Shown: positions 24,987 through 38,369, counted from the stretch's first letter. The stretch: DNA of 64,000 nt from Paraspadella gotoi (GCA_051294375.1 CM119266.1:20966840-21030839); one strand, 5' to 3'. Made by a program: numbers and translations. Notes: a model not told the origin generated them from the sequence alone.

Positions 24987-27900
24987 TCAAGATACTTGCT
25001 TCATCTCGTGACTTGGCTTCCACATCCTCCATGAGGGAGGCGAGTCTCTAGGATGTCTAGAGGCCACCCCTGCCGGCGCCCCCGGATTCGGGGATGATCC
25101 CGGCGAGCCGCTGCTGCCGGGTGACCGGGTGGCGCCCGTCGAAGAGATGGAGGTGGTGGCCGTCAGCGTGGGCGCCGAGTGGTGCAGCGGCGACAGGTTG
25201 GGCGACCGCGTAGGGGCCGGTGATCTACTTCGGCTCCGCTCGCGCGACTCATATCCTAATGGAGAGGTGGAAGATTTCCTGGCGCTCAAGTCTGTCGCTG
25301 AGGCATTAACGGCTGCCGCCGCTGCTGCTGCCATGTTCGCCGCGGAGGCTTCGCTGTGGGCTTTCCACAGGGACGCCCACGAATTTGCCATGGCCGGCGG
25401 AACCGGGAACAATGGGAAGCCGAGATGGTTTCCAGGCGAGAGCGGCTTTGGCAGATCCAAAACGGGTGGAGGAGGCGAAATGGACCTGGGTCGCTTCCGC
25501 GATGTCGGAGAAATGGACCTTTGTCGAGAGTGATGGTTGGTGGGTTCAGGGGAGCTGGATCTGGATCTGGGTGAATGATTGTACGAATCTCTTGGGGAAG
25601 TTGATGGCTCGGATCGGTTGGATTTTTTGGTGCTCAGGTTTATCTCGTTGTTGTTGAAGCCATGCTCGTCGGATGAGGTCTGAGACAATGGCCTTTGATG
25701 AGATCCCATGTCTCCACGAAGGAATGCAGGAGGCGATAGCAGGTTGGGACCATTGAAACGGTTCATGGCGTTGGCACCATTGAGGCTCTGAATGACAGAT
25801 ATTTCATTGAGTTTGGGTCCGATCCCATTAACCAATCCCAATGGATAGCCATGGTAAAAATCTGCAACAGATGCTGGAGGAAATCCACGGAGAGCCCCTG
25901 GAGGATAGATGCCCCTTGCATCTGGGCCCGGAGCTCCTGGAGCGCCAGGGTGGCCTGGAGGGAACATGTTTTCCTTTGGTAGACGAGGATGTGGGAGCAC
26001 CCCAGGATGTCCAGGCGGAACTGCTCCGAAAGGTACATCAACACTCATTCTCCTCCCACGTCTTGAAGGCCCATTATTCCACATATGCGTTCCCATATGC
26101 ACTTTCAAATTTCCTTTAGTGGTAAATGCCCTGGAGCAAATTGTGCACTTAAAAGGCTTCTCTCCCGTATGTGTTCTCATATGAATTTGCACAGCACTTG
26201 CCGAGCTAAAGTATTTGTGGCATACCTGACATTGGCGATTGCTGGGTGTTTGCTTTTGGCGATTGCTATTATTAGAACCTGAAGATCCTTCAGTGGTTCC
26301 AGATGAATGTCTCGATGACGTTGCTCCAGATGTAGTTGAAGGAACTAATCCAGAACTTTCTGGTGGCAATGAGCTTGGCATTCCTGGGAATGCCAGTGAT
26401 CTTAAAGATGAAGGTAATGATGTTGTTGGAAATTGCGGCGGTGGAGGCAAGGAAAAGCCCCCATGGCTTGGAGATGGTGCAGAAGCTAGAGATGACTGAG
26501 GTGATGCTGGAGTTAGTGCCAAAGGCTTGTCATATAGCCCATCATTGTCATTTTTGTCATTGAATTGCTCGGGGGAGTTATTACCACTCCCATTCTCATT
26601 TGTTTGTTTCGATGATTCATAATCTTCTTCAGAAAATGCCTTTGATGGGATATCCCTTATTTTGTGAGTTAACATATGCTGCTTCATATTTCCTCTAGTC
26701 GAAAATGCTCGCTCACAAATTTCACATTTGAATGGCCGTTCTTTAGTATGGCTCCTATAATGAATCTCTAGCGCACTTCGGCAGGCGAAAGTCTTGAAGC
26801 AGATGTCACATGTTGTGTTGCGGCTCCCCCCCGTTAAGCCTGGAACCGGAAGTGTGCCAGGATACGGTGAAGCCCCTAATGGTGGAAACAGTCCAGAAGG
26901 AGGTGGAGGTGGTATAAGGGAACCAAGACTTGAAATAGGATGATTTGGCATATGGCCTGCCTCAATGGCATCTCGAAATGCTGTTGCATAATGACCGCTG
27001 GAAGATCTTGGTGTAAGATCTAACGCTCCCCCCTCAGAAGCAGCTGGGGAAGGGGGAATGCAAGGATCTGAATTGGCACTTCGTCCCTCTGAAGCAACAG
27101 TATAAGGAGATGAAGCATCACTTCTATCAGATCTAGTCTCACCACTATGATTGACAGGCTTTGAGTCAATATTTCCATCATCTTCACCTTTATGGTCGTC
27201 AGATCGAGTAGGCGACGGCATTCTCATATCCACAGGGGATTTTAAATTGGTTTCGGAAGTCGGCATTTTTGGAGGGATGCCAAACGGATTGAATCCAAAT
27301 TGCGATTTGTAAAAAGAAAGAGCAGAGTGCTGAGCACCGGCAGAGATGCCTTTTACCGTGTTTTCTAATGCAACCAGGGAAGTTGAAATGGCACTGTTGT
27401 GATGATTCGCGTTTGACGCGGGAGGAGCCATCTCCTCATTTCTGTGACAATTCAATTTTTGTTCCTTTTCCTCGTGAATCCTTTGATTGTCTATGCTTTT
27501 GTGATCATTCTTCTCTGGCTCCGAACACGGCGACATAGGGAGAACGTTTCTCTCGTCCTCAGTCTTGACGTGATCAGCGCTGGTGATTGCCAATTGCTTC
27601 TTTTGGCTAAGATCAATTCCCGCTTCTTCTTCATCGTTGGAATCTTGGTGGATTGAGGCGTTAGTCAAGTCCAATCCGGCCGCCGCCATAGACGCCAGAG
27701 AAGCCTGCGATTGTAGCGCCGCTCGGAGGTCCAACCCTCCAGGGAGAGGGAGACCCATGAAACCGGGTAGAAATCCATGAGGCGGCAATTGAGGGATTTG
27801 TGGATAAATCTCTTTCAGGTCTTCTCTGGACAGCGACTCTCTGATGTTTCTCTCCTGCTCTTCACTGATCTCCCCCGTGTGGAGACGGATGTGCTGTTGC

Positions 27901-29257
27901 AGCACGATGGCATTGGTAAACTGTTTGTGACAAACCGGACACTGATGCAAAACACGAAGAGGAGGTTTTGCTTTGTGAACTCCCATATGCGTCTTCAGAT
28001 TTCCCTTTGTTGTAAAAGCCCTCCCGCAGAGTTTACATCTAAATGGGCGTTCGCCCGTGTGCGTGCGATAATGCATCTGCAGAGCGCTCTTGCAACTAAG
28101 TATGCGATTACAAATACAACACTGGTTTGGATCGGCCAGTTTGTTTTCTATGTTATCTACCAACTGCTGCAGCTTGGACGTTTCTGGAGTGGAAATCTCC
28201 ATATACTTTTCTAAGGGGGCGTTTGGGGAAATACATGGAACATTTTCGGTCAGTGGGTGGTTAATTGGGTTACCATTGGCGAAACTCGTGTCGACCGAAA
28301 GTGGCGTGCTGGCATGAGAGGAGGAAGGCGGAGAAGAGGCTTTCCCTGGATGAGGATGCCCGATCCCATTGAAGGGAGACGAGGAGCTCGTGGCCGCCTT
28401 GCCTGTGATGTCGGGACTCTTGCGGTCCGCCGTCGACGCCGCCGTTGTCGGAGACTTTTGCAGGTTGACGGAGCCGAGGGATCCTCCAAGGGAGAACCGC
28501 CTCGGATCCGCCGACAGGTGCCCGCCTTCGGCAGCCGCGGCGGGTGAGGTGGCGCCCAGCAGATGCCCGGGATGGAAGTGCGGATGCGACAGCGGCGCCG
28601 CGCCGTTGAAAACGCCGCGTCCGAGGCCGCGTGACGGCGAAGCTGACCTCGGCGAAGCAGCAGCGGCGGCGGCGTCGCGATCTCCGTCGGGAATTTCGGG
28701 CGCCATCATCGTCGACGCTGTAAGAGACGAAAGGGGTTTGGGAAGGGATGATTTTGAAGAGGATTCGATGGGAGAGGCCGCCCGATCGGAGCGAGCCAAA
28801 GCCGGCGCCGAGGACGACGGCGTCGTCGTCGTTGTCGTGGACAGGGCCGGCGCCGTCGGGGAAGAAGGGGAAGAAGAAGAAGAAGAGACCGAAGCCGGGA
28901 GGGGCACGGCCGAAGGAGGAGGAGGAGGAGGAGGTGGAGCGGAGGAGGAAGAGGAAGAAGTGACTGAAGGTAGGAGGGTGCCAAAGAGGTGAGAGGCGAA
29001 GGAAGAAATTGACGGCGCCCCGAGCCCGAACGGCGCCAGCGACGGCGGCGTCGATGGCGCCGACGACAGCGGCGGCAGCGGGAGCGGCGGCGAGGGCGGC
29101 TCCAGCGGCGGCTGCATATCATCCAGGTGCTCGGGAACCGGATTCGGGTTCATCGGAATGTGGGGGTATTTATCGCGGTGGCGAGCGAAGTGGACTTTTA
29201 GGTTCCCCTTTGTGCTAAATCGATTTCCGCAAATGTTGCACTTAAAGGGACGTTCAC
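24987..29257 (-). CDS. sal: spalt/Sal-like C2H2 zinc-finger transcription factor, large 3' coding exon (4271 nt)
   Basis: The 1388-aa ORF extends upstream in frame to an AG acceptor at 29258-29259, adding [35 protein letters not shown] before [11 protein letters not shown]. Contains SAL-box fingers (FTTKGNLK twice, [16 protein letters not shown]), the ZF triplet after [13 protein letters not shown], and the terminal double finger ending [17 protein letters not shown] followed by NEISVIQ, all spalt/SALL hallmarks. Confidence 0.97.
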
Positions 29258-30136
29258 CTTTTTTTTTAAGGGGAAGGGGTGGGTGTGGAGGACAGTGGAT
29301 AGGGAAGAAAGAAGGTGTCGAGTTTGGGTGAGTGCGCGAGAGACAGAGAGAGAAAGAGAGAAGGAAAGAGGGAGAGAAAGAAAAGAAAAGGAGAAAGAGA
29401 AAAAAAGGGGAAAAATAGATTTTAATTTAATACTGAAAATTTTTATATATTAAGGATTATTAAGATGAGTATGTAACATTGCATTCCCTTAACACCATTT
29501 GGAGGTCTGTCCTATAAAATTTTTTATTTTATGTAAAATATTTTTTTTATAGAAAATCAATTAAAGATTATTGTAAATAAATATCGTTAAATTAAAAAGA
29601 AAAAGAAAAAAGATGAAAAGGATTTTCGTCTCTAGGCACAACGCTGAAAGTGCAACATAAGGGACTTTATATAGTTTAAACTAAATCTTATTTCTATTTT
29701 ATTAGACCAGCAAAAGGCTTTAATAAAAAAGGGAACGAATAAAAGTTAGTGCGGGTTAGTTACTTGAAAAGCATGCGCATGCAAAGGTTATTATTTATCG
29801 AAATGAAATCGACTGGAATTTTAAAAGTTACAAAACCGGATCACATCGCGTTGAACCGAAGATAACAGATATCACAATGAAAGCGAACTCGTGATCGCGA
29901 ATATCTCGCACGTGCCACCATAATTAAGGCATCTTTCCTTCTCATTGTTCGATACCCCCCCCTCTCGCTCTCGCACTCGCTGTCTCAATTTCTTGCTCTT
30001 TCTCTCTCTTTTATTGAAGGTGAACGAACGCGCATCTGGCATCTTCATTGGTCAAAATCCCGACGCCGCTTATGCCCCTAATTGGCTGACGTTTGGACGA
30101 AAGGGAATGAGAACAATCGTCAGGAGGAAGAGAGAA

Positions 30137-30268
<132 letters not shown>

Positions 30269-30600
30269 TCGAAACCACGTGCTTCCCAATTTGTAAGATG
30301 GATTGAGTTACATTGACGCTCCAATTCCCTCCGCCCCCCTTTTCTTTGCCGCGTATGACTGTCCACTGTCGCTCGTTAATCTTCCCTCTCTCATCATCAC
30401 GTGAGCCAGCGTGAATCACAGCGTGGCAAGGATCAGAGTGATAGAGTTGTGATTATACATCGCGTTTATGGCAAGTTTAAGTGTCATAGAATAAATGGGC
30501 TAAAAGAGTAAAAGTGAAAAATTAATAGGGATTTAGAAAATCTTTACTAAAATCCGTTCTCCTTTACGGTCGGAAGAAATTAATTGAATTTGAGAGAAGG

Positions 30601-30651
<51 letters not shown>

Positions 30652-32306
30652 CCTTGTAAGGCAATTAGGATTTCATGCGCTGCTTCGGTGAGGAGATGAA
30701 TCTCTACCGGAAGACGTAAAAACTAAAAAGGAATGAAAAAGAAAAAGGGGAGTGAATGTTGACGGGGAAACGTGAGAAGAGTGTGAAAGTGAGGAAACGC
30801 GTTGAGAGTAAAGTGATGCGAAGTATCTTGTTCACAGTGAAGTCGTCTTCATCCAGACTTTAAAGTTATTTCTCCAAAAAAGAAAAACCAATCGGAGATT
30901 TTACGTTGAGAAAAAGATGAATGTCTCTCTCTCTCTCAAAAAAATAAAAAGGTCGCGACTCGAGAAAAGAAAGAAGCGGGTAAAGTAAAAAAAAAAAATA
31001 AAAACGAGAAAAAGGAAAAGAGAGAGAGAGAGAGAGAGGCTCTTGGCGTCTCCAGGATTCTGAGTTTGTGACAGGTTTTGCGAATGCCTGGGGAATTCCT
31101 CAATGACATTTTGGATACGAATTGAACCGAGTTAAAAAAGAAGGGAAGTAAGGCGGGAGTGAGGGAACGGGTGGGCGGCGTCGGGGAGTGAAAGCGGAAA
31201 TAGAAAAGGAGCTCTGGTTACATCAATTCACATATTGAGAAAGAGAGGTGTCAAGGGTGGCGAAGAGTGTCGGGTGGGTGGACGCAAAACCTGGCTAAGA
31301 CGAAATGCTGTGACTTTGTCAGCCATTGATTCTCTTCAACGAGAACGACAACGACGACGACGACGACGACGACGTCCGTTGAAAACTAATCACTCGGAAA
31401 AAAAAACCCCTTAATCAATTTTGACCATAGACTCGTCCTTTCTCTTCTTTTTCAGAGATAACGCCGGGCGACGCCGCCGCTCACGCCGCCTTCCACCGAC
31501 GCCGGCAGGAACGAAAGACGCCGACGAAAATGAGTCTTTTGTTCGAGAGGAGGTGAATCCGCGGGGAATTTTAAGTCGGGGTTCGTTAGATGACGCTCAG
31601 AATGTTGATGGATCGAGAGACCGTGACGACCAACAGTTGAACAGTCGAACCGAATTTGACCAGAAAAATTAGGAAAATCTAATTATCATATGTTATTTTG
31701 ATATTATAGAGTAATAATATAGATATAACATAAATTCGCCTATTGAATTTAAGCTTTAAATCTTTTAGTTTTTAAACCTCGTGTCTGTTTTTAAATAAAA
31801 AAAAACAAAAAAACAGTGATTGACGGGCGGAAAAATCGTGTTTTATCGATGATGTGCCTTGTTTTTCTTTTTCTAAATGATTTTTTTTATCAATGATGTT
31901 CACTCGACCAAAAAATAAACCTCGGAAAAGATGGCAGTCGACGACGACGACGACGACGGAAACGATGACGACGACGACAGCGGAAACGATAATGTCGACG
32001 AAAGGGCAAAGGCTGATAAAATGGAATACATGAAATCACAAACGGGAATGAAAACAATTTGTCATTTTGAGTTGCTGACAACGACGACGACGAACATTGC
32101 GACGATGAAAGCGACAATTGAAACGACGACGACAACGACGACGACGACGACGTCTGCCGAAGCGGAAACGCGACGTCATCGCGGGCGGAATTTGACGCGC
32201 CGCCAGGATTTTCATGATTTCCTCTGATTCGATGCGAATTCGAGCGGAAGTCAACGCAAATCAATTCATACAATTCGAAAAAAGGGAGGGCGCGGAGGGT
32301 GGGGGG

Positions 32307-33332
32307 TAGGGCGTTGAAAAATAACGAAATATAACAAATCAGTATAGGTACATAGCTATTTTAATGTAATAAAGTCTGTAGAATCGATGGATGATAATCA
32401 TTTTTTTGAATAGTCTCATCTCTTTGTCGGAAATGGCGATTTTTGCAGGCAAAATAACGTGCTATTAAAATGTAGCAAAACGCATTGTAGGAGTTATAAG
32501 AAACTCAAATTATTAAGATTTATAAAAGCCATATTTAACTTACATAATATGAAAATAAAGACGCCATATAAATATTTGGTAAGTTTGTTTCACAAAATTT
32601 TATATTTCATTAATAGTTTGGTTAACATATTTATTAATAAATAATAAATGAAAAAATAAAGCTAAAGTGAAAAATTAAAAATTTTAAAATTTTAAAAATC
32701 GGATTTGAATTCCTTACAAAAAGTTATGATATAAGAAAGTATAATCCATTTTAAAAAATTCTTTCATTAAGTAGGTTAAAAATATTAAAAACTATTATTT
32801 TTGTTTGAATTTTTCAATTTTTGGCTTAAAATTATAAGTTTTTATGATTTTGAACCACTTAATGACATAATTTTTGAATAATACAAATTATATTTTCTAT
32901 ATTCAACTTTTTTGCAAAAGAATCAAATCCATTGAAAAAATTTTTTGAAAATTATTATTTTTTAACTTTAGCCCAATTTTTACTTATAATTATTAAATAA
33001 AATATAGTTAACTCAGTAACTTTTAATAAAAACATAAAATTTAGAAAAATAAACTTACCAAAATATTTTTTATTAAGTCTTTATTTTTATATTTCAAAAG
33101 CTCATATAAATTTTTATAAAATTTTAATATTTGATTTATCATACTGTATAATTGGTTTTGCTATTGTAAACAACTTTATATACATTAAAAACCCTCATTT
33201 CGACAAGAAAGAGTAATTATACAAAAACATGTCATCACCAATCGAAATTCTAACAGACTACATTTACAACTAAAATAGCTATGTACCCCCGTCACTTGAT
33301 TTGTTATAGTTTTGTTATTTTTCAACGCTCTA
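32307..33332. mobile_element. About 1-kb AT-rich foldback/MITE-like element with long imperfect terminal inverted repeats and TA at both ends, in the spalt intron
   Basis: Left end TAgggcgttgaaaaataacgaaatataacaaatca...ggtacatagctatttt; reverse complement of right end TAgagcgttgaaaaataacaaaactataacaaatca...ggtacatagctatttt. Palindromy continues inward (32700-32790 vs 32845-32930). The terminal TA is consistent with a Tc1/mariner-type target site. Confidence 0.75.
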
Positions 33333-33393
33333 GTGGGGGGGGGTGGGGGTGTGGTTGAGAGAATGATGGAGATGGGGGACAGAGACAGGAATA

Positions 33394-33426
<33 letters not shown>

Positions 33427-33942
33427 GGAGAGGGAGAGGGAAAAGGTGATTATGCGGGAAGAAAGGAGTGATACGGAGGGCAACGGATCACCGGACTAGG
33501 ATCGGTTAGACTTTGAAATTCCAGTCGTTCACAATACTGTGTTTATATTTCTTTTAAAATAAGTGAATTTAACAAAAAAGCTCAATCACAAAGATCACTA
33601 AAATAATTAATAAAGTCGTTAGAAACCCGATTAATTAGAATTAAAACGATCCCAAAATCATTGAACGGAAAATCGAAAAAGTTGTAGTTAATAATTTTGC
33701 GTGCCACAGAAATCAAAAGGACTAAAATAAATATTGGTAACCAAAACTGAAGCAACAGTAATCGACATTTTTTTAGTATAACATTAGCAACGTGCACAAG
33801 AAGGAAAACGAGCGTAGCCAGCAAAATTAATCTCATTATTACAATTAGTACTTATGCAACAAGTTCGTTTTCCCCTCAATTAAAAAACGAAAAAAAAAGG
33901 AAAAACCAAAAAGGCCAAATAAAAATGAAAGAAAATTCTCAC

Positions 33943-34110
33943 CGGTATGAGATCGAATGTGGATTTGCAGAGCTGATTCACTTCCGAACGCCTTGTTGCA
34001 AATGCGGCATCGGTGCTTGTAGTAAGGGTCATCGGAGACGGAGCGGTGCAGCGCCGCCGCCGTCTCCGGGTTTAGACCGATGGGACTTTTCTCGTTGTAT
34101 GTGGGGATGC
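33943..34110 (-). CDS. sal: spalt internal exon encoding the first finger of zinc-finger cluster 1
   Basis: Acceptor ttctctttctccctccacAG, donor GTgaga, phase 1/1. Translates [56 protein letters not shown](G) and joins in phase to GERPFKC at 29257 across a 4685-bp intron. Absent from the ORF track. Confidence 0.93.
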
Positions 34111-34273
34111 CTGTGGAGGGAGAAAGAGAAAGAGAGAGTTGGAGATGGTTATGATTGGGTTGTTAGAAGTTTAAGCGGATATCGACGTATTTGAATCATA
34201 TTAAACTAAAGATTTAATAGAATTCTATTGCAAAATAAAAGATTCCTGAGACTTGAGTCAAATCTTGAACAGA

Positions 34274-34321
<48 letters not shown>

Positions 34322-34482
34322 CGCGGAAAAAAATAAAATAGAGAAAACTGATCTTTTTTCGACTTCAAATTCTTCCCCTTTTTTCTTTAAACTGTAAAAC
34401 CTGAAAGAAAGAAAGAAAAAAAATTGCGCCAAAATCGTCGAGACCGAATCACTTCTCAATTTCCTTTTTTCAATAAGTCTTT

Positions 34483-34515
<33 letters not shown>

Positions 34516-35739
34516 TCGGTCGTCGCCTTACTTCTTTCGACCGAAAAAGCAAAGAGAGAATGAAAGGTAAGTAGAATGAAAAGGTAAGTTGCTCCCTTTC
34601 GCTTTCGTCATATAAGAAAAAATGTCGGGGCAGAATTTTAAGGTGGGAAACTCGGGAGATAGATTACATAAAGAGGGAAAGATAGAGGGAAAGAAAGAAA
34701 GAGAGATGAAAAGGTGAGAAAACGCACGAAAGATACGGTAGAAANNNNNNNNNNNNNNNNNNNNNNNNNNNNNNNNNNNNNNNNNNNNNNNNNNNNNNNN
34801 NNNNNNNNNNNNNNNNNNNNNNNNNNNNNNNNNNNNNNNNNNNNNNNNNNNNNNNNNNNNNNNNNNNNNNNNNNNNNNNNNNNNNNNNNNNNNNNNNNNN
34901 NNNNNNNNNNNNNNNNNNNNNNNNNNNNNNNNNNNNNNNNNNNNNNNNNNNNNNNNNNNNNNNNNNNNNNNNNNNNNNNNNNNNNNNNNNNNNNNNNNNN
35001 NNNNNNNNNNNNNNNNNNNNNNNNNNNNNNNNNNNNNNNNNNNNNNNNNNNNNNNNNNNNNNNNNNNNNNNNNNNNNNNNNNNNNNNNNNNNNNNNNNNN
35101 NNNNNNNNNNNNNNNNNNNNNNNNNNNNNNNNNNNNNNNNNNNNNNNNNNNNNNNNNNNNNNNNNNNNNNNNNNNNNNNNNNNNNNNNNNNNNNNNNNNN
35201 NNNNNNNNNNNNNNNNNNNNNNNNNNNNNNNNNNNNNNNNNNNNNNNNNNNNNNNNNNNNNNNNNNNNNNNNNNNNNNNNNNNNNNNNNNNNNNNNNNNN
35301 NNNNNNNNNNNNNNNNNNNNNNNNNNNNNNNNNNNNNNNNNNNNNNNNNNNNNNNNNNNNNNNNNNNNNNNNNNNNNNNNNNNNNNNNNNNNNNNNNNNN
35401 NNNNNNNNNNNNNNNNNNNNNNNNNNNNNNNNNNNNNNNNNNNNNNNNNNNNNNNNNNNNNNNNNNNNNNNNNNNNNNNNNNNNNNNNNNNNNNNNNNNC
35501 GATTAAAGAGAATAGCGGGAGGGAAAAGAGGGAGAAAGGGCGCGAGGAAGAATGTCAACGAACTTTTTGCGGCTCCCGTACATACGTTTCTCTCCGCTCC
35601 CGCACGTTCGTACGGTTGCGCAAATCAGAAGGGGGACACCTGACGGCGAAGAAGAGAAGAAATAGAGATTCACTTCAAACAAAAGGACAATCGAAGGGAA
35701 TCTATTTTTTTTTGCGTTCTCGGCCGTTCCTCCAAAGCA

Positions 35740-35823
<84 letters not shown>

Positions 35824-37307
35824 CCTACCACGACGAATTGTTTGTCCAGCGCAATAGATTCATGTTCAAATATTAGGATTTGTTAAACTTTCGTTTCTAG
35901 AATTTCGAGAGAAAGAAAGAAAAAGAAAATAATCTTAAGTCGAAACTCTCTTTTCATAAACGGGTCCAGTTTTGATTCGGATCTTTTTTTTTTCTGATCC
36001 GTTTTTATCCACTTTTATCAGGTTCCTTTTTCTATTTTTATTGGACTCCCTTTTTTCATTGTTAAATAACGACGTTCGCGAGAAAAAAAGGGTGTGGACT
36101 TTCGGGGAGATAGATTTTNNNNNNNNNNNNNNNNNNNNNNNNNNNNNNNNNNNNNNNNNNNNNNNNNNNNNNNNNNNNNNNNNNNNNNNNNNNNNNNNNN
36201 NNNNNNNNNNNNNNNNNNNNNNNNNNNNNNNNNNNNNNNNNNNNNNNNNNNNNNNNNNNNNNNNNNNNNNNNNNNNNNNNNNNNNNNNNNNNNNNNNNNN
36301 NNNNNNNNNNNNNNNNNNNNNNNNNNNNNNNNNNNNNNNNNNNNNNNNNNNNACGACGACGACGACGACGACGACGGCGGTTATCCTTCTATCTGGATTA
36401 GTATCAACATCTGGTTGTTTGGGGAGCATGACATGGAAAGGTATCAACTGAATTGCGAAGGAAAGAGCGAGCGGGAGAGGGAGAGAGAGGGAGACAAAAT
36501 ACAAAGGGAACTACGAAAGAGAAAGGCAACGATCGAACTAAAAAAGTAAAAAAAATAAGGGTTTTATTCACCTCCCTCTTTCCTCGGGAGAATCCAAATC
36601 ATAGTTACTATTGTGATTTTTTTTNNNNNNNNNNNNNNNNNNNNNNNNNNNNNNNNNNNNNNNNNNNNNNNNNNNNNNNNNNNNNNNNNNNNNNNNNNNN
36701 NNNNNNNNNNNNNNNNNNNNNNNNNNNNNNNNNNNNNNNNNNNNNNNNNNNNNNNNNNNNNNNNNNNNNNNNNNNNNNNNNNNNNNNNNNNNTTTTGATC
36801 TTCCCTTCTTTTCTTGTTTTCTCTCCCGAGAATTTCTTTGCAGGTAAAACTGATGCCAATCTCGATTTTGGTGGGAAACATTTTCTCTCCTTTAATTTTT
36901 TTGGAGACTTTTCTCATTCAATTCAATTATTTCCTCGACGTCATTGTGAATCGTGATAAACGATTAAAAAAAATAATATTTAATTCTACTACCTCATTTA
37001 CTAAAGTAATCAATTACGCCTACAAAAAAAAATACATTGACAAAATTAATTAACATTTATCAATTGAGCGGCGTCATTCATTCGGCGCCTTCAGTTCGTC
37101 CGAACCTCCGAAGTCGTCCTTCGCCAAAGGATTTTCTCTTTTTAACATTAATTAGCTAAAAAATCTGGACCAAAATCCCCACGAAATCCGTCGTTGGTCG
37201 ACGGAAAAATGATGGAATTTTGTGGATGATCTTTTTTTTTTGTCTGTGGAAGACGAAGTGAGTGAAGTTTTCTGATTGGTCGATGGAAGGGAGAAGAGGG
37301 GAGAGAG

Positions 37308-37380
37308 AACAGAACAGAACAGAACAGAACAGAACAGAACAGAACAGAACAGAACAGAACAGAACAGAACATAACAGAAC
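37308..37380. repeat. (CAGAA)n pentanucleotide microsatellite
   Basis: Direct reading. (GAAA)n also at about 48148-48248, degenerate (GAGT/GAAT)n at about 54028-54155, and a 7-bp AGAATCG-type array at about 23160-23210. Confidence 0.95.
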
Positions 37381-38158
37381 ATTGATTGAATTTTACTTCT
37401 GCGAAAATGAAAAAAAATTCTTTAAACAATTCCTTGAAAAAGAACGTTCTAATAATGATAGTAATGNNNNNNNNNNNNNNNNNNNNNNNNNNNNNNNNNN
37501 NNNNNNNNNNNNNNNNNNNNNNNNNNNNNNNNNNNNNNNNNNNNNNNNNNNNNNNNNNNNNNNNNNNNNNNNNNNNNNNNNNNNNNNNNNNNNNNNNNNN
37601 NNNNNNNNNNNNNNNNNNNNNNNNNNNNNNNNNNNNNNNNNNNNNNNNNNNNNNNNNNNNNNNNNNNNNNNNNNNNNNNNNNNNNNNNNNNNNNNNNNNN
37701 NNNNNNNNNNNNNNNNNNNNNNNNNNNNNNNNNNNNNNNNNNNNNNNNNNNNNNNNNNNNNNNNNNNNNNNNNNNNNNNNNNNNNNNNNNNNNNNNNNNN
37801 NNNNNNNNNNNNNNNNNNNNNNNNNNNNNNNNNNNNNNNNNNNNNNNNNNNNNNNNNNNNNNNNNNNNNNNNNNNNNNNNNNNNNNNNNNNNNNNNNNNN
37901 NNNNNNNNNNNNNNNNNNNNNNNNNNNNNNNNNNNNNNNNNNNNNNNNNNNNNNNNNNNNNNNNNNNNNNNNNNNNAATTCCTTGAAAAAGAACGTTCTA
38001 ATAATGATAGTAATGATACTAATTGATATTATTCAAGAATTTTTAAAATATATTCTTGGAACGAGTTTTGGAGTACCCTTTTTTGACATGGGTCTAATAA
38101 CATTTAAACTAAAAGGAATTTCGACAGTGAATTAAAATAAAATATAATTTAATAATTC

Positions 38159-38369
38159 TTTAGAGAAAAACAAAATGTTTTTGAATTTATTACAACGATT
38201 TTATTTTTAATAGACGGACATGTTTCGACTTTGGAGACAATCAAAACAACTGAAAAGTTTGTGAATTTCAAAAGCTGATGAAGACTCGAACTCAAAGAGT
38301 CGAAACATGTCTGTCAATTAAAAATAAAATCGTTGTAATAAATTCAAAAATATTTTGTTTTTCTCTAAA
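38159..38369. mobile_element. Inverted repeat (about 72-bp arms) carrying a hammerhead-like core; probable Penelope-like element pseudo-LTR relic
   Basis: Arms 38159-38230 and 38299-38369 are near-perfect reverse complements. The + strand at 38275-38315 reads CTGATGA-a-GACTC-gaactcaaa-GAGTC-GAAA-CATGTCT-GTC. Confidence 0.6.

Noticed and set aside
25129-29218. Many plus-strand and alternate-frame ORFs over spalt
   Set aside because: Shadow ORFs of GC-rich coding sequence.
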